The notes under the pieces: model-generated | Database searches by the model: none | What the model saw: only the letters and a program-made list of their open reading frames with translations | Told to the model about the DNA's origin: nothing | Assembly (NCBI GenBank): GCA_045046875.1 | Contig: JASFYY010000037.1 | Location: 96,509 to 160,508, forward strand | DNA length: 64,000 nucleotides | Source: Verrucomicrobiota bacterium | GTDB taxonomy: Bacteria > Verrucomicrobiota > Verrucomicrobiia > Verrucomicrobiales > DEV007 | Direction of reading: 5' to 3' | Position numbers and translations under genes: made by a program | In this document: piece by piece, positions 61,515 through 64,000 of the stretch | Numbering within the stretch: position 1 is the stretch's first letter | How the letters are laid out: each line of letters starts with the position of its first letter

Positions 61515-61860
61515 CTGCTTGTCCTCCTGTGGCACAAATTACTAGCCGAGCTGTAGCCCAAGGCGAAGGCGGGGCAATTTGCCGTGGCGCGGATTGGCAA
61601 TTTTCCTTCGGGTAGCTTCCTTTGGACGCTACGCTCAACCCTGCAGGTTGCCTGTCTTGCTTCGCTGCGGCTGGCTCTCTCTCCCGCGAATGCGGGATCG
61701 AGTGCGGATCCCTCATACCCCCCCCAAGACCATTACGCCCCACATCCCTCCCTCAAATCCCCTCCCATTCGTGTTGATTAGTGTAAATTTGCCTTCGGAC
61801 AGTAAGCTCCGGCTGTCTCCTTTTAGTCGGCTGTGGTTCCCCATCTCAAATTTCTCATTT
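61515..61860 (+). repeat. Composite repeat R4 (core 61599-61712, plus mini-core 61786-61832)
   Basis: Upstream part matches R1; terminal hairpin replaced by CCCGCGAATGCGGG. Confidence 0.9.
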
Positions 61861-61891
61861 TAAATCTCAATTGATTACGAAGGCCTTGCTT

Positions 61892-62104
61892 TTGACAAAA
61901 ACAACTCATATTCGATAATGGAAATCGCTACGCAGCAGGAGTAATACCATCAAAACATAATTATTATTCCTCAAAATAAGCGTATTTTAATATTTTTTCC
62001 TCAAAAAAACGGATTATCCTACGATTTATCCTTTACTAAAGCTTAAGCGATAATGTAATATTTTTTTCATACATTTCGCTTTTTTTAATAATTTTTCCTC
62101 AAAA
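61892..62104 (+). promoter_or_regulatory. Putative fic promoter plus AT-rich ~30-bp periodic repeat array
   Basis: TTGACA(61892)-16 bp-GATAAT(61914); TTCCTCAAAA at 61967, 61997 and 62095. Confidence 0.5.
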
Positions 62105-62118
62105 ATAAAGGTTTTTCC

Positions 62119-63603
62119 ATGAAGCAACTCGGTTACACATGGCTGATCTCCCACTATAAGCTCAAGGTTCGCCCTCTGTTGCACAGTTCATTCATAGGAA
62201 CACGGCAGGCCATCAGAGAGTGTGCGGACGGCACTTTGGAGGAACACTACGTCAGCCGCTACGACCCCGGAGACGATCCACTCGACCATATTGTGTTCGC
62301 GCTAAAATACGACGAGCTGGATCTTGACATCATGGCTAAGGTTTTTCAGAAGATTTCTCCGGAGAAAGTGGCTGAATTTGTGGCTCGGACTCCGACTGGA
62401 AAGTTTGCTAAGCAAATCGGATTCTGGTTCGAAATGCTGACCAGCCAGGAAGTTCCGCTACAGGGAAAACTTATCGGCAACTACACTCCCTTGCTGGACC
62501 CGCAACGCTATGTCGTTGCTTCAGGGCCGGTTCGAAATCCACGGTGGCGAATATTGAATAACGCTATCGGTGATCGACGTTTCATGCCAATCATTCGACG
62601 AACAAAGGCGATTCGCTCTATTGAGGAAACTGATTGGGAGGGACTCATCTCGGAAACCATAAGCCCTTTCTCCGATGCAGTGCTCAATCGCGCTCTGTCA
62701 TACCTCTATTTCAAGGAAACCAAATCCTCGTTCGCCATAGAACGAGAAGCACTAGGCACAAATAGAACCGAGAAGTTCGTCACCCTCCTTCATCGCGCCG
62801 GAACAGAAAATAAACCACTCAGTGAAGGGTCTCTCACTGAACTTCAGAACGACATCATGGATGCGCGTTACCAAGAGAGTGGTTATCGAACCATTCAGAA
62901 CTACGTCGGCGAAACCACGGTTAACTTCCGCGAGATAATCTATCTGATTGGCTCCCCGCCCGGCTTCCTTCGAGATATTATGGAAGGCTTGGAAGGATAT
63001 TTTACCGCGAGTGCGGGGGTTCACCCCATTTTGCGCGCCGCAGCGATCTCGTTTCCGTTTGTCTTTATTCATCCATTCGAGGATGGCAACGGACGCATCC
63101 ACCGATACATCATCCACGACGTCATGGCCAGAGGCGGAATCGGCGGCAAGGGGCTTGTCATCCCTGTGTCAGCCGAAATCTTGGCAGACATGAGAGCCTA
63201 CGACACCTGTTTGGAACAATTCTCCAAACCTTTACTCTCGGTAGCCGAATACGACCTCAACACCAAAAGTGAGATGACAGTCGAGAACCCAGCTATGATC
63301 GAGGGGTTCTACCGTTACCCGGACGTAACGCAACAGGTTGAGTATCTAGCTAAAATGATAGAACTTGCGATCCAAGAAAGCCTTCCCAATGAGTTCCGCT
63401 TCCTCGAAAATCTCGACCAAGCCCGTCAAACAATACGAGAGATTGTGGACATGCCAGACAGGAAACGGGAATCCCTGCTTATGCGGCTACATCGTAATAA
63501 GGGTAGGCTTGCCAGTAAACGTCGTGAAAGTGAGTTCAAAGAGCTCACAAACGAAGAAATCCAGAAGATTGAGCAAGCGTTTCAAGAAGCGTTCAAAGAT
63601 TAA
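62119..63603 (+). CDS. Fic family protein (large, ~490 aa type)
   Basis: Canonical HPFEDGNGRIHR motif; ETKSSFAIE; C-terminal IVDMPD helical domain. Confidence 0.92.
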   Translation: MKQLGYTWLISHYKLKVRPLLHSSFIGTRQAIRECADGTLEEHYVSRYDPGDDPLDHIVFALKYDELDLDIMAKVFQKISPEKVAEFVARTPTGKFAKQIGFWFEMLTSQEVPLQGKLIGNYTPLLDPQRYVVASGPVRNPRWRILNNAIGDRRFMPIIRRTKAIRSIEETDWEGLISETISPFSDAVLNRALSYLYFKETKSSFAIEREALGTNRTEKFVTLLHRAGTENKPLSEGSLTELQNDIMDARYQESGYRTIQNYVGETTVNFREIIYLIGSPPGFLRDIMEGLEGYFTASAGVHPILRAAAISFPFVFIHPFEDGNGRIHRYIIHDVMARGGIGGKGLVIPVSAEILADMRAYDTCLEQFSKPLLSVAEYDLNTKSEMTVENPAMIEGFYRYPDVTQQVEYLAKMIELAIQESLPNEFRFLENLDQARQTIREIVDMPDRKRESLLMRLHRNKGRLASKRRESEFKELTNEEIQKIEQAFQEAFKD

Positions 63604-63720
63604 ACATCCACCCTCACACTTCACACTTCAAACTTCCCCCTCATCTCATTTTCTCACCCCTAACTAAAACCATCTTCATCCTGCCCGTCCATGCCAGTCC
63701 CCCATCATTTCTTACCTTCC

Positions 63721-63830
63721 TTTGCCTTCGGGTTATTTCCTTTGGACGCTTCGCTCAACCCTTCAGCTTGCCTGTCTTCTCCCGCAGACGCGTGATACGG
63801 CTGGCGGGCTCCTTACCGTCGGTTGCTCTT
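63721..63830 (+). repeat. Diverged core repeat R5
   Basis: TTTGCCTTCGGGT…TCCTTTGGACGCTTCGCTCAACCC…TTGCCTGTCTT…CTCCTTACCGTCG. Confidence 0.85.
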
Positions 63831-63881
63831 CTCTGTATTCCTTCGTAGCTTCTCAAAAACAACTTGTCAAGAATTGTTGCC

Positions 63882-63909
63882 TGACCCCATTTTCGTGACC
63901 CCATTTTCG
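63882..63909 (+). repeat. 14-bp tandem duplication of a REP half-site
   Basis: TGACCCCATTTTCG x2. Confidence 0.85.
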
Positions 63910-63910
63910 G

Positions 63911-63947
63911 GTAATTTGCCTCGTGGCGCGGATTGGCAATCCGCGGA
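63911..63947 (+). repeat. R6: core 5' end plus intact REP palindrome
   Basis: GTAATTTGCCT followed by GTGGCGCGGATTGGCAATCCGCG. Confidence 0.75.
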
Positions 63948-64000
63948 TCGCCCGCTCGCCCGCTCGCCCGCTCGCCCGCTCGCCCGCTCGCCCGCTCGCC
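63948..64000 (+). repeat. 8-bp tandem repeat (TCGCCCGC)n, at least 6.6 copies, running off the window end
   Basis: Read directly from the sequence. Confidence 0.95.

Noticed and set aside
58140..63950. CRISPR array
   Set aside because: Repeats exceed 100 bp, the 'spacers' are whole genes of 0.7-2 kb, and no cas genes are present
58140..63950. Classical integron attC array
   Set aside because: No RYYYAAC…GTTRRRY ends at gene boundaries, not a single long hairpin, and no intI in the window

Overview
Bacterial chromosomal segment, most likely Verrucomicrobiota (PVC superphylum). This is inferred from a double-length UvrA, a LysM gene between murD and ftsW, a DUF1549/1553 + DUF1501 pair, a PVC-type propeller/HEAT protein and a FecR-type anti-sigma with its ECF sigma. 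The housekeeping backbone comprises uvrA (5'-truncated), cls, aat, coaD-yceD-rpmF-plsX-fabH-tatD, a polyprenyl synthase and a partial dcw cluster (rsmH-ftsL-ftsI-murE-murF-mraY-murD-lysM-ftsW). Two regions stand out. (1) 26.4-33.9 kb is a tightly coupled 8-gene minus-strand operon. It joins a Cys-motif membrane-anchored protein, a MacB/LolCDE-type ABC system, a MoaD/ThiS + HesA/MoeB sulfur-relay pair and a ModABC-like importer with a duplicated binding protein. (2) 58.1-64 kb is an array of single-module cassettes (RND adaptor, AbrB-Doc TA, RHH-VapC TA, Fic). Each cassette is separated from the next by a same-orientation, nested, structured repeat with a ~105-bp core. Copy-to-copy variation preserves GNA-triloop and tandem G.A hairpins on the minus strand, and filled/empty site pairs suggest the core is a mobile element that inserts into REP-like palindromes. 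No rRNA, tRNA, CRISPR, integrase or transposase was recognised. All product calls come from motif recognition by eye, not from database searches.
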